Translations under genes and position numbers: made by a program | Shown: positions 28,387 to 38,110 of the stretch, in pieces | How positions within the stretch are numbered: the first letter of the stretch is position 1 | How the letters are laid out: each line of letters begins with the position of its first letter | The notes under the pieces: generated by a model | Told to the model about the DNA's origin: nothing | Databases searched by the model: none | Seen by the model: the letters and a program-made list of their open reading frames with translations, nothing else | NCBI GenBank assembly: GCA_002421665.1 | Contig: DISH01000004.1 | Location: 87,174-151,173 of the forward strand | Source of the DNA: Candidatus Omnitrophica bacterium UBA6215 | GTDB lineage: Bacteria > Omnitrophota > Gorgyraeia > Pluralincolimonadales > Pluralincolimonadaceae | DNA: 64,000 bases | Direction: 5' to 3'

Positions 28387-29842
28387 GGAGAAGAACGACA
28401 GTTTCAGGAATATAGTCTTCTCGCTGCTGGTTTGCACGGCGATAGGGGCGTTGTCCGCGATAACCGGGCTCCTGCCCCTTCGTTTCGTGCTTACGATCGG
28501 CGCGGGCATACTTATCCTGATATTCTCGCTTTTCTTCCATGACAAGAAGCTGTATTACCTGATACTTTACGTATTCTTCCTGCCCATCAACATCAACAAG
28601 GCGATATTCAGGATAGATAACCCCATACCGTCGCTTTGCGACGTCCTCCCGTTCTTCGCCACCGACGTCTTCCTCGCCATATTGTACGGTTTCTGGATAG
28701 TCAGGATGGCGCATAACGAGAAGAGGAGCAAGACCATCTGGATGACCCCGCTGATGTTCATGATGATGGTCATGATAGCCGCGGATATCCTCTCGATGGT
28801 CAACGCGGTCAGGTTCGACCGTTCCTATATCGAGATCGCGATGATGATAAAGGTGGTCCTGACCTATTTTTACCTCATAAATAACATACACTCGATGAAA
28901 GAGGTGAAGATAATGGTGGGCACCCTTGCCGTGGGGCTCATACTGCAGACCGCCATAGTCATAACGCAGGTCTATTTCCGCGACACCCTCGGTTTTATCT
29001 ACCTGGGCGAGCTGAAGTCTCCTTACCTGTCTTATGAGGAAGAACACCAGATATTCAGGCCGTCCGGGCTCTTCGGGCACCCGAACCTCTTCAGTAATTA
29101 TCTCGAGTTCCTTATACCGCTCATGTTCGCGATGTCTTTTATCCGCCATAACGGCGGGCTCCGCAAACTATGCACCGTCGCGTTGTTCGCCGGGGGCGTG
29201 TCCCTGATACTTACGCTCTCCCGAGGCGGGTGGATGGGAGTTGTCACGTCGTGTTTCTTCCTGTTCTTCGTCATAACCGCGCGCAATATCTACGAGCAAA
29301 AATTCTTTTTCAAGACCCTGGCGATAATCCTCCTGGCGGTAGGCGTGCTCGCGGCCTTTTCGCCGAAGATATACAAGAGGGTAACTTCCCGCGACAGGGG
29401 CGCCGCGCAAGCGAGGGTCAGCCAGTATTATGTGGCCGCGGAGATAATCACCACGCATCCGATCATAGGGGTAGGCATCAATAATTACGTCGAGGTCATG
29501 GAGAATTACGACGAGACGACCTCGCGCATCTCGCGCGGCTTCAAGTTCCCGATACATACCGTCTACCTCGAGTATTACGCGGAGACGGGCCTGCTCGGCA
29601 TAACCGCGCTTCTTTCGTTCTTTCTTATAATAGTCATTACCGGGGTAAAGAACATCGCGAGGGCGAGGGGTTTCCTGTTCAGCCTCAACGCGGGCCTGTT
29701 CTTCGGGTTTATCGCCTACGGCATACACGCGATCTCCGACATGAACTACCCGTCGAGGCTTACCGTTTTCGCCTTCTTTGCGGCGATGTTCACGATAACG
29801 AATTACGCCATCCGCGACAGGATAACGCTCATCGATGGCTAA
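28379..29842 (+). CDS. O-antigen ligase/polymerase-family membrane protein (Wzy_C domain)
   Basis: About 11 TM segments. The motif LTLSRGGWMGVV is characteristic of the Wzy_C/O-antigen ligase family, with a large periplasmic loop. Confidence 0.7.
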   Translation: MFKEKNDSFRNIVFSLLVCTAIGALSAITGLLPLRFVLTIGAGILILIFSLFFHDKKLYYLILYVFFLPININKAIFRIDNPIPSLCDVLPFFATDVFLAILYGFWIVRMAHNEKRSKTIWMTPLMFMMMVMIAADILSMVNAVRFDRSYIEIAMMIKVVLTYFYLINNIHSMKEVKIMVGTLAVGLILQTAIVITQVYFRDTLGFIYLGELKSPYLSYEEEHQIFRPSGLFGHPNLFSNYLEFLIPLMFAMSFIRHNGGLRKLCTVALFAGGVSLILTLSRGGWMGVVTSCFFLFFVITARNIYEQKFFFKTLAIILLAVGVLAAFSPKIYKRVTSRDRGAAQARVSQYYVAAEIITTHPIIGVGINNYVEVMENYDETTSRISRGFKFPIHTVYLEYYAETGLLGITALLSFFLIIVITGVKNIARARGFLFSLNAGLFFGFIAYGIHAISDMNYPSRLTVFAFFAAMFTITNYAIRDRITLIDG

Positions 29843-31073
29843 AAGCGTCGCGAAGAACGCTATGGCGCTGGTGGCCTCCGAGGCCTTCAATATGGCCTGC
29901 GGGGTCGCGCTGGTCATCGTGCTCGCGAGGGCGCTGGGCGTGGCCGACCTCGGGCTATTTTCCTTCGCGTACTCGACCGCGACGGTAATATATTTCGCCA
30001 GTTTCTTCGGCATGAACGATTTCGCGATAAGGGCCGTCGCCAGGGACCCGCGCAAGGCAGGGGAGTATTATTACAATATCCTCGTCTCCCGCGCGGCGCT
30101 GATGGCTGCGGGCATCATAGCATTGGACGCCGCGCTAAGGATCTCGGGTTACCCGCCCGAGAAGAGGACGGTTGTATATCTTGTAATGTCTGCCCGGCTC
30201 ATAGAGTCGCTGATGTTCTCGTTCTTCGCGTATTTCAGGGCGTTCCAGAAGATGCTCTATGAGGCTGCCATACGCGGTTCGATGTACCTTACGGCTACCG
30301 CGGCGTCGATCTTCGTGATATTCAAGTACAGGAATATAGGGATATTCGCGCTGACGCAGATGTCGGTCTATGCGGTGTTCTTTCTTATAGCTTATATAGC
30401 CTCATCGCGTTTCGTCGCGTCAAAGGCAAAATTGAGCCCGTTCTCGGCGCGCGCGAGCGCGGCGTTGTTCAAGGGCAGCGCCCATATCTCGGTGATACAG
30501 GTGCTTTTGGCGGTATATGTCCAGACCAACACCATACTGCTTAATTTTTTCAAGGGCGACGAGGCTACCGGCATCTACGCGGCCGGCTTTCGTTTTGTAA
30601 GCGTATCGGGCATTTTGGCGGTCAGCATGACGCAGGCGATATTCCCGCACCTGTCCAGCCTGGCTTCCGGAAAGGACGCGGCGCGGCTCAAGGCGGCGAT
30701 AGGCAGGGCGCGCAAGTACCTTTTCTGGTCGGGCCTGGCGATAAGCGCCTGCATATTCGCGGCGGCGCCTTTCCTGGTGCGGCTTGTCTACGGGGATAAG
30801 TTCAGCGCGGCGGTCATGCCGCTTTATATAATGGCCTTTACGCCGGTTTTCCTGTTCCTTAATACGGGCAATAATTATTTTCTCTATGCCCTGGACAGGG
30901 AGAAGTCTTACCTTAAGGTGCTTATCGGGATATTGCTGTTCACGGTAGCGATAAATCTCGTCCTGCTTCCGAGGTTCGGAGCCGCGGGCGCGGCCGTCAC
31001 GACGTTCGTGCCGGAGGCGTTGTTCTTCGCGGTATTGAGCGTAAGCGTAAGGAGGGCCGTTAGGGCGGCATGA
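29835..31073 (+). CDS. Wzx-type oligosaccharide flippase (MOP superfamily), copy 1
   Basis: A 412-aa protein with about 12 TM segments. The N-terminal MAKSVAKNAMALVASEAFNMACGVALVIVLARALG is the polysaccharide biosynthesis protein family signature. Confidence 0.75.
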   Translation: MAKSVAKNAMALVASEAFNMACGVALVIVLARALGVADLGLFSFAYSTATVIYFASFFGMNDFAIRAVARDPRKAGEYYYNILVSRAALMAAGIIALDAALRISGYPPEKRTVVYLVMSARLIESLMFSFFAYFRAFQKMLYEAAIRGSMYLTATAASIFVIFKYRNIGIFALTQMSVYAVFFLIAYIASSRFVASKAKLSPFSARASAALFKGSAHISVIQVLLAVYVQTNTILLNFFKGDEATGIYAAGFRFVSVSGILAVSMTQAIFPHLSSLASGKDAARLKAAIGRARKYLFWSGLAISACIFAAAPFLVRLVYGDKFSAAVMPLYIMAFTPVFLFLNTGNNYFLYALDREKSYLKVLIGILLFTVAINLVLLPRFGAAGAAVTTFVPEALFFAVLSVSVRRAVRAA

Positions 31074-31810
31074 ACGAGGCGGAATTCTGGGACAGCAAGG
31101 CGGCAGGGCCGTTGAATTATTACAAGGGGCTTGTAAATAACCCCGACGAGAAACTCTACCGTATGCACGTATACGCGCTCTCGCTTTTGGGCGATGCCAA
31201 AGGGAAGGCCGTCCTTGACATGGGCTGCGGGCCGGGCGGCAATTCGGTATACCTGGCGAGGAACGGGGCGAAGGTAAGCGCCATTGATATCTCCCCGGCT
31301 AATATCGCCAGGACGAAGGAGTGGGCGGACAAAAACAGCGTAAATGTTGACGCCAGCGTAATGGATTGCGAAAAACCGGGGTTCGCCGATGCCTCCTTCG
31401 ACATGGTTTTCGGTTCGTTCATTTTGCATCATATAGATATAGGCAAGGCCGCGCCTGAGATCCGCCGCGTATTGAGGCCGGGCGGCAAGGCGGTGTTCAT
31501 AGAGAACTCGGGAGATAACCCGCTGCTTATGTTCTTCAGGAACAGGGTGCTTCCCGTATTCGGGCTCAGGAAGAGTTCGCCTTCTGAATACCCGCTGACG
31601 GCGAAAGAGATACAAGCCGCGGGCGGATGTATCGGTCCCGTTAAACAGTATTACCCGGAACTGGTTTTCTTCCGGCTGGCGGCCTCGTATTTTTTCCGGG
31701 ACGCGCATTGGGCGCGCGCGTTCTTCTCGGCGTTCGATGACGCGCTTTGGCTGTTCCCGCCCGCGAGGCGGCTGTCATATTATAAAATACTGGAGTTCAC
31801 GCTCAGATGA
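31070..31810 (+). CDS. Class I SAM-dependent methyltransferase
   Basis: Motif I VLDMGCGPGGNS, motif II VSAIDIS, and post-I/III spacing typical of Methyltransf_11/25. Confidence 0.75.
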   Translation: MNEAEFWDSKAAGPLNYYKGLVNNPDEKLYRMHVYALSLLGDAKGKAVLDMGCGPGGNSVYLARNGAKVSAIDISPANIARTKEWADKNSVNVDASVMDCEKPGFADASFDMVFGSFILHHIDIGKAAPEIRRVLRPGGKAVFIENSGDNPLLMFFRNRVLPVFGLRKSSPSEYPLTAKEIQAAGGCIGPVKQYYPELVFFRLAASYFFRDAHWARAFFSAFDDALWLFPPARRLSYYKILEFTLR

Positions 31811-32406
31811 AGAGGACTACGCTTAAAGAGACTTTCGCGAATATGTGGGGCGATTATACCTTCTGGCTCACCCTTAACCACAAAAAAGCGGGACCGGCGT
31901 CATGGGTAAGTTTCATATTGCTTCCCGGGACGTGCGCCGTATATATCTACAGGATCGCGCGCTGGTTTGACGGCTTGAGCATACGCCTGGTCAGCAGGAT
32001 ACTGCAGAATATCGGGATAATGCTCACCGGGACCGACTTGAACCCGCGTTCCGATATAGGCAAGGGGTTCATAATTTTCCATACACCGGCCACGGCGTTC
32101 ACCGGAAAGATCGGCGAGAACGCAGTCTCGGCCGGCGCGTTGAAGGCGGGAGGGGACGGTTCGGACCTCGATATCGGAGCGGGCCCCGGATTGCCGGTCA
32201 TCGGCGATAACGTCCAGTTCGGCGTCGACATATTGATACTCGGCCCCGTGAAGATCGGGGACGGCTGTTGGGTACTTTCGCGGGCCTCGATATTCAAGGA
32301 TATCCCGGCCGGTTCGATAGTGGCGGGCACGCCGGCGCGTGTCGTAGGCAAAGCGGAACCCGGCTCAAACATGTTCGAAAGAAAATGTCACTCAAACAAC
32401 TTATAA
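31807..32406 (+). CDS. Serine O-acetyltransferase-like hexapeptide acyltransferase
   Basis: CysE-like N-region (YRIARWFDGLSIRLVSRILQNIGIMLTGTDLNPRSDIGKGF), then left-handed beta-helix repeats. Confidence 0.7.
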   Translation: MKRTTLKETFANMWGDYTFWLTLNHKKAGPASWVSFILLPGTCAVYIYRIARWFDGLSIRLVSRILQNIGIMLTGTDLNPRSDIGKGFIIFHTPATAFTGKIGENAVSAGALKAGGDGSDLDIGAGPGLPVIGDNVQFGVDILILGPVKIGDGCWVLSRASIFKDIPAGSIVAGTPARVVGKAEPGSNMFERKCHSNNL

Positions 32407-32954
32407 CATATATTCTTGAGGATAACCGCCGCAGGCGCGTATACATGCGCAAGAGCGTCTCTTTCCTTGGCCTGTTCTCGGGCCTGTTCTCGCACATATC
32501 CGTTGCGACGGGGATATACAGGCTCTCGCATTATTTCTTCACTAAACGGCTGGGGCTCGTATCGAAATTCTTTTATGTCCTTAATATCACGCTCTTCGGG
32601 CTGGATATCTCCCCGATGTCGGAGATAGGCCCGGGGTTCGTCATATGCCACCTTACGGGCAATATCATACACGGCAAGATAGGCAGGAACGCCCTGCTGT
32701 ACGGCCAGAACGTGCTTGGCGGCGACGGCTACGACAGTAAAACCGGCTGGTACGGCGGCCCGACTGCGGGCGACAACCTGGTGATGTATATCGGCTCCAA
32801 GATACTCGCCCCCGTGAAGGTCGGCGACAACGTCGTAATCGGTGCGGCCTCCCTGGCGCTCGATGACATCCCGGACAATAAAGTCGTCGTAGGTTCTCCG
32901 GCGAAAATAATCAAGGATAATAATGGCCAGGGACCTTTCGGTCATAATAGTTAA
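32385..32954 (+). CDS. Second serine O-acetyltransferase-like hexapeptide acyltransferase
   Basis: A paralogous arrangement (YRLSHYFFTKRLGLVSKFFYVLNITLFGLDISPMSEIGPGF) plus LbH repeats. The internal ATG at 32385 overlaps the upstream gene by 22 nt. Confidence 0.65.
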   Translation: MSLKQLITYILEDNRRRRVYMRKSVSFLGLFSGLFSHISVATGIYRLSHYFFTKRLGLVSKFFYVLNITLFGLDISPMSEIGPGFVICHLTGNIIHGKIGRNALLYGQNVLGGDGYDSKTGWYGGPTAGDNLVMYIGSKILAPVKVGDNVVIGAASLALDDIPDNKVVVGSPAKIIKDNNGQGPFGHNS

Positions 32955-33819
32955 TTGGAACGCGGGCGGCCTCCTGCGCGACTGCGTGGAGAGCGTATAC
33001 CGCGAAACTCTCAAATATTCCCCGCAGGTCATCATTGTTGATAACGCCTCCTCCGACGACAGCGTCGCGCGCGTCGAAAAAGAATTTCCCGAAGCCGTAA
33101 TAATTAAGAATGCCGCCAACCTCGGTTTTGCCAAAGGCAATAATATCGGCGTCGAAGCGGCGGAGGGAAGATACGTTGTCCTGCTCAATCCCGACGCCAG
33201 GGTAACCGACAGGGCGCTCGATAAGCTCTGCGGCTTCCTTGAGTCCGCAGGCGCGGAGACCGGCGCCGCCGGGCCTGTTTTGCTGAACGGCGACGGCAGT
33301 TTCCAGACCCAGCAGGGGAGCCGCTTCCCGACCCTCGGCACCGCTTTTTCCCAATATCTTTTCCTGGGCAGGATATTAGGACTTCCCGGTATCTTTATGA
33401 ACCGCGCGCCCTCGTCCGACGGGCCGAGGCGGGTAGATTGGCTCTGCGGCGCTTGCCTGGCCTGCGAGACGGAAGTTTACAGGCAGGCGGGCGGCCTCGA
33501 CGAGAAGTTCTTCCTATACGCCGAGGACATGGACTTCTGTTACCGGCTGGGGGAGAAAGGGCTGAGCAGTTTTATCCTTCCGGCCGCAAAGGTGATCCAT
33601 GTATCCAAGCGCAGCACATCACAGCAGGGCGAGGAGATCTCCAAATACCAGGTAGAGAGCCTTAAAGAATTTTTCAGGACGAAGAACCCTTCGTGGAAAT
33701 TCACCGTGTTCAAGGGCATACTTTTCATCGGGCTGGCGGCGCGTTTCCTCGCGCTGTCATTGGTATCGCGCGAAAAAGCCCGTTCAATAAGGGTACTATT
33801 AAAATATGTCTATTCGTGA
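32923..33819 (+). CDS. Family 2 glycosyltransferase
   Basis: LSVIIVNWNAGGLLRDCVESV...VIIVDNASSDDS. There are DXD-like motifs and a rhamnosyltransferase-like C-terminal region. Confidence 0.8.
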   Translation: MARDLSVIIVNWNAGGLLRDCVESVYRETLKYSPQVIIVDNASSDDSVARVEKEFPEAVIIKNAANLGFAKGNNIGVEAAEGRYVVLLNPDARVTDRALDKLCGFLESAGAETGAAGPVLLNGDGSFQTQQGSRFPTLGTAFSQYLFLGRILGLPGIFMNRAPSSDGPRRVDWLCGACLACETEVYRQAGGLDEKFFLYAEDMDFCYRLGEKGLSSFILPAAKVIHVSKRSTSQQGEEISKYQVESLKEFFRTKNPSWKFTVFKGILFIGLAARFLALSLVSREKARSIRVLLKYVYS

Positions 33820-34942
33820 GGTGCGCAACGACAGGGATCGTTTCCTGGCCGCTGCCGCCGACATAGTTTTGAGGCCGTTGGCTTTCCTGCTCGGCGCGAT
33901 AAGGGGAGGGGAGAAGCCGCCCGTTACCGCTCCGCAGGACGTCAAGAACGTCCTGGTGATGCGCGTCGATAACATCGGCGACGTGGTCATGGCGACGGCC
34001 CTGATACACGAACTCAAGAAGGTGTTCAGGAACGCGCGGGTAGACGCGCTCGTAAGGCCTGAAGCGGCCGCGCTTCTCAAGAACGACCCTTCCATAGGCA
34101 ATGTCATCGCGTTCGACGGTTACCGCTGCCTGCCGAAGGTGCGCGCCAACGGTTACGACGTTGCCATCGAGCCGCGCGGCGACATAAGATATATTTTCTT
34201 CCTGTTCCTGGCGGGAATAAAGCGCAGGGTAGGCTTCGACCGAGCCGGCGGGGCATATATGCTGACAGATGTTGTGCAGTTCGACCTGTCAATGTCCGTC
34301 ACTGAAAGGAACATGGCGATCGTCAAATACCTTGATAAGGACGCCCGGCCGGACGGATACACCGGGCTCTTCGAGACCGATAAGGGCAAAAGCGAGGCGG
34401 AAGAATTGTTTCGCGAGGTGCCCGCGGGCAAGAAGGTCATAGGGATATTCCCCGGTTCTAAGTTCGCCTCCAAGGAATGGCCCGCTGAAAAGTTCGGCGC
34501 GCTGGCCGCGAAAATATCGGACGACGGTTTCGCCGCGGTTATCTGCGGGAGCGTGTCCGACGCCGGTAAATGCGAAAAGGCCTGCGGCGCTTCCGGCTGG
34601 AAGGCCGTAAACTGCGCCGGGAGGCTTTCGCTCGAGGGGCTTGTAAGCTTAATTAAGAGGTGCGAATGCGTCGTCGCCAACGACAGCGCGCCCGCCCACA
34701 TAGCCGAGGCGCTCGGAGTTCCCGCGGCGGTGATCTACGGGCCCATGGACCCCGGCATCGTTAAGCCCCGCCTCAAGCCCGGAGCGAAGCACATTGCGGT
34801 ATTCAAGCGCCTGCCATGCTCGTTCTGCAACAGCATAAAGGTCCTTCCCGCGAAGTGCAGGGGGAAGGCCTCGCCCGAATGCCTTGAGGAAATCGGCATA
34901 GATGATGTATACTCTTCATTACGCGGGCTGATGACAAAATGA
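33806..34942 (+). CDS. Family 9 glycosyltransferase (heptosyltransferase-like)
   Basis: VLVMRVDNIGDVVMATALIHELKK N-terminal motif and the C-terminal GT-B nucleotide-binding half (SAPAHIAEALGVP). Confidence 0.75.
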   Translation: MSIREVRNDRDRFLAAAADIVLRPLAFLLGAIRGGEKPPVTAPQDVKNVLVMRVDNIGDVVMATALIHELKKVFRNARVDALVRPEAAALLKNDPSIGNVIAFDGYRCLPKVRANGYDVAIEPRGDIRYIFFLFLAGIKRRVGFDRAGGAYMLTDVVQFDLSMSVTERNMAIVKYLDKDARPDGYTGLFETDKGKSEAEELFREVPAGKKVIGIFPGSKFASKEWPAEKFGALAAKISDDGFAAVICGSVSDAGKCEKACGASGWKAVNCAGRLSLEGLVSLIKRCECVVANDSAPAHIAEALGVPAAVIYGPMDPGIVKPRLKPGAKHIAVFKRLPCSFCNSIKVLPAKCRGKASPECLEEIGIDDVYSSLRGLMTK

Positions 34943-35721
34943 CGGACGTTACGGTATCCATAGTAAATTACAACAGCAAAGACGACCTGATCGGATGCCT
35001 GGACTCACTCGGGAACGCGTTTCCCGCAGGCACGCGGGTATCGGTGGTCGATAACGCTTCCCGCGAGCCTATCCGCGGCCTCGAAGGCAAGTACGAATGG
35101 GCGCGTTTTATCTTCAACGAGAAGAACACGGGCTTCGGCGCGGGCAATAACTTGGTGCTGAAAGAAGCCAAGACAAAATATTTTTTGGTATGCAACCCGG
35201 ACATACGTTTCAAGAAAGGATCCATCGAGGCGCTCGGGGAATATATGGATGCGAACCCGGAGACCGCTATCGCCGGGCCGAAACTGGTAAATACCGACGG
35301 GACTATCCAGTACTCGTGCAGGAAGTTCCCTACGGTGGCGACGTTCCTCGCCAGGGGATTGTTTCCCCGGGAAAAACCTAAGTTTATGAGGGATTACCTT
35401 ATGAGCGGCTCCGGCCACTCTCGCCCGATGGACGTAGACTGGGTGCTCGGCAGTTTCATGTTCGCGCGGACAGGGGCGCTCCTGGAATTAGGCGGGTTCG
35501 ACGAAAGCCATTTCATGTATTACGAGGACATAGACCTCTGCTACCGCGCGAAAAAAGCGGGATGGAAGGTCGCTTATGTCCCGCGGGCCGAGGCGATACA
35601 CACATACATGCGCTCAAGCGCCAGGGGATTTTTTAACCCGCTTAAGATACACCACACAATAAACGCCATACGGTTCTTCGCCAGGTATTTCGGCGACAGG
35701 AAATGGAGGACGTTCATATGA
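34939..35721 (+). CDS. Family 2 glycosyltransferase
   Basis: VTVSIVNYNSKDDLIGCLDSL...VVDNASRE. GT2 fold, 260 aa. Confidence 0.8.
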   Translation: MTDVTVSIVNYNSKDDLIGCLDSLGNAFPAGTRVSVVDNASREPIRGLEGKYEWARFIFNEKNTGFGAGNNLVLKEAKTKYFLVCNPDIRFKKGSIEALGEYMDANPETAIAGPKLVNTDGTIQYSCRKFPTVATFLARGLFPREKPKFMRDYLMSGSGHSRPMDVDWVLGSFMFARTGALLELGGFDESHFMYYEDIDLCYRAKKAGWKVAYVPRAEAIHTYMRSSARGFFNPLKIHHTINAIRFFARYFGDRKWRTFI

Positions 35722-36761
35722 GGGGTTTGCCGGTACTTTTGATCGCTTTGACCGCGCTGGCATGGGAGGCCTCGGCCTCGGACGGCGCCGCGAGGCTGAC
35801 GGACAAGAATTTCGGGACATACATGGGCGGAGTTCTCGGGGTATGGGCCCCGATAGAGACCTACCAAAAAGAGGTCCCTTACGTGAAAGACCTTAACATC
35901 GGGATAACGCGCCTGAACACCGACTGCTGGGACGAGCTCGAGCCGTCGCGCGGCAAGTACTCGTGGGACAAACTCGACAAGATAGTCGACCTCCTGCGCG
36001 CCAACGATATCGACATACTTTTTACCGTGCCGATATCCGCGAAGTGGAACGCGAGCGGCGGTCCGGTGCGCGTGAATAATTTCGATATCGGCACGACGCA
36101 TTTCCCCGCCAAGGACCCGCGGGACATAGAAGACTTTTGTTTCGCGCTCGCCTCGCATTTCAAGGGAAGGATAAAATATTATGAGGCGTGGAACGAGCCG
36201 GACCTTTTTATCTTTTGGAAGGGCAAGCCGAACGTCGATGAGTACATCGAGGTCCTGAAGAGGATGTATACGGGCCTCAAGAGGGGAGATCCCGATTGTA
36301 AAGTCCTCGTCGGGGGTATCGCTTACGCCCTCGATGACAGCTTCATGAAAGGTCTCTGGAAGAAAGGCGCCTTCGATTATTTCGACATCTTCAGCATCCA
36401 CATTTATACCAAGAGCACCTGGGACGCGCAGAGGGCGCTGACGAACACGCAGAATATCATAAAGTGGTCGGGCAAGCCGAAACCGCTCTGGGTAACGGAA
36501 CTCTCGACGACGCCGGATTTCTTCAAGAGCAACGACCGGGCCGGGGAAGAGAGAGAGAAGGCCGAGCTCCTGCCGCGGTTCTACGACATGTTCTTCAAGC
36601 AGGGGGTGGAGGCCGTCTTCTGGCATACCCTGCGCGATTGCGGCACCGAGATAGGCATGCCGAAGGACTTCGACTTCGGCCTAATGACCTCGGACTACAA
36701 AAAACTCCCGGCATACGACGCTTTGAAGAAATACACGGACAACGCCGTAAAAGGTGAATAG
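35703..36761 (+). CDS. Secreted TIM-barrel glycoside hydrolase (GH5/GH39-like, PslG-like polysaccharide-processing enzyme)
   Basis: Signal peptide. The candidate acid/base glutamate is in YEAWNEPDLF and the candidate nucleophile in LWVTELS. It is 352 aa. Confidence 0.6.
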   Translation: MEDVHMRGLPVLLIALTALAWEASASDGAARLTDKNFGTYMGGVLGVWAPIETYQKEVPYVKDLNIGITRLNTDCWDELEPSRGKYSWDKLDKIVDLLRANDIDILFTVPISAKWNASGGPVRVNNFDIGTTHFPAKDPRDIEDFCFALASHFKGRIKYYEAWNEPDLFIFWKGKPNVDEYIEVLKRMYTGLKRGDPDCKVLVGGIAYALDDSFMKGLWKKGAFDYFDIFSIHIYTKSTWDAQRALTNTQNIIKWSGKPKPLWVTELSTTPDFFKSNDRAGEEREKAELLPRFYDMFFKQGVEAVFWHTLRDCGTEIGMPKDFDFGLMTSDYKKLPAYDALKKYTDNAVKGE

Positions 36762-36763
36762 GT

Positions 36764-38086
36764 ATGAAGGCCTTCGATAAAAGGATACAACTCGCGGTCA
36801 TCGCCTTATGCGACCTCGCCGTCATTTATGTGAGCCTGGCGCTGGCGATATGGCTGTCTTACAGGACGGGGCTTATCGGCGAGGAACGGCTCGGCGTAAA
36901 ACTGCCGGAGTTCCTTTTTATGGGGCCGTATTTCATCTTCGTTTTCAAGAGCGTGGGGCTGTATAAGGAAAAGACGGGTATCCTGCACATCAGGGAGACG
37001 ATGGCGATATTTAAGGGAGTCTTGTTCGGTTTCCTTTTCGTCTTCATGATCTTCTTCCTTTTCCCGGGGCTTTCGGGCCTGCACAAGTCGCTCTTATTCT
37101 TTTTCGTTTTTATGATGGGTTTCATGCCGCCGGAACGCCTCTTCCTGCGCAAGCTGACCCAGGGCCTCCACGAGAGAGGGGTAGGGGTCACCAATACGCT
37201 CATTATCGGCACGGGAGCCGTAGCCAAGCGTCTCGCGATAAAACTCCACCAGATGCCGAAGATAGGATATAAACCCGTCAAGATCATCGCCGCCGCGTCC
37301 CAGCTCAAGGATGCCGTTGAGAAGAACGATATCGGCGCGGTCTTCGTCGCAGACCAGGACCTGCCCTATGACCAGGTCCTGGCGATAATGAACTTCTGCT
37401 CGGACAGTAAAGTGCCTTTCAAATTCGTGCCTTATATCTATAATATGCCCATAGACCTTATCTCCATGGACGATATAGAGGGCATCCCGGTCATCGGGCT
37501 GCGCAAATACAGCCCGCATTCGCTCTACGCCGTCTTCAAGCGCGCCGCCGATATAGCCGTATCATCGGCCCTGCTGCTGATCGCGCTTCCCGCGGGGATA
37601 TTGATAGCCCTGGCGGTCAGGATGGACTCCCGCGGTGCCGTGATATTCAGCCAGGAGCGCGCCGGCCAGAACGGCAAACCGTTCAGGATAATGAAATTCC
37701 GCACGATGTTCGTAAAATCGGCCAGGTACGAGTTCTCCCCGAAAGATTCGGGAGACCCGCGCATAACCGGGGTAGGCCGGTTCCTGCGCAAAACGGGCCT
37801 GGACGAGCTTCCCCAGCTTCTGAACGTCCTGAAAGGCGACATGAGCCTTGTAGGGCCGCGGCCTGAGATGGAATTCATCGTGAAAGAATACAGCGAAATA
37901 CAAAAAGAACGCCTTAAGGTAAAACCCGGCATCACGGGTTTGTGGCAGATAAGCGAACACCGCAGGGCGCCCATCCACGAGAACATGGAATACGACCTTT
38001 ACTACATAGAGAACCAAAGCCTGCTTTTAGACCTCGCCATACTCCTTCGTACTTTCTTCTCAGTTTTTGGCCTCAAAGGCAAGTAG
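36764..38086 (+). CDS. Polyprenyl-phosphate glycosylphosphotransferase, second copy (WbaP-like)
   Basis: Multi-TM N-terminus and the sugar-transferase domain (AVIFSQERAGQNGKPFRIMKFRTM...DELPQLLNVLKGDMSLVGPRPE). Confidence 0.85.
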   Translation: MKAFDKRIQLAVIALCDLAVIYVSLALAIWLSYRTGLIGEERLGVKLPEFLFMGPYFIFVFKSVGLYKEKTGILHIRETMAIFKGVLFGFLFVFMIFFLFPGLSGLHKSLLFFFVFMMGFMPPERLFLRKLTQGLHERGVGVTNTLIIGTGAVAKRLAIKLHQMPKIGYKPVKIIAAASQLKDAVEKNDIGAVFVADQDLPYDQVLAIMNFCSDSKVPFKFVPYIYNMPIDLISMDDIEGIPVIGLRKYSPHSLYAVFKRAADIAVSSALLLIALPAGILIALAVRMDSRGAVIFSQERAGQNGKPFRIMKFRTMFVKSARYEFSPKDSGDPRITGVGRFLRKTGLDELPQLLNVLKGDMSLVGPRPEMEFIVKEYSEIQKERLKVKPGITGLWQISEHRRAPIHENMEYDLYYIENQSLLLDLAILLRTFFSVFGLKGK

Positions 38087-38110
38087 AATGTGGTATAATT
38101 ATAAATTGAT

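Noticed and set aside
27109-28545. 478-aa minus-strand ORF
   Set aside because: It is antisense to the Wzc-like gene and the start of the Wzy-like gene. It is His/Arg-rich low-complexity translation typical of a GC-rich antisense frame.
35574-36626. 350-aa minus-strand ORF
   Set aside because: It is antisense to the PslG-like glycosidase gene, which has clear catalytic motifs. There is no independent support.
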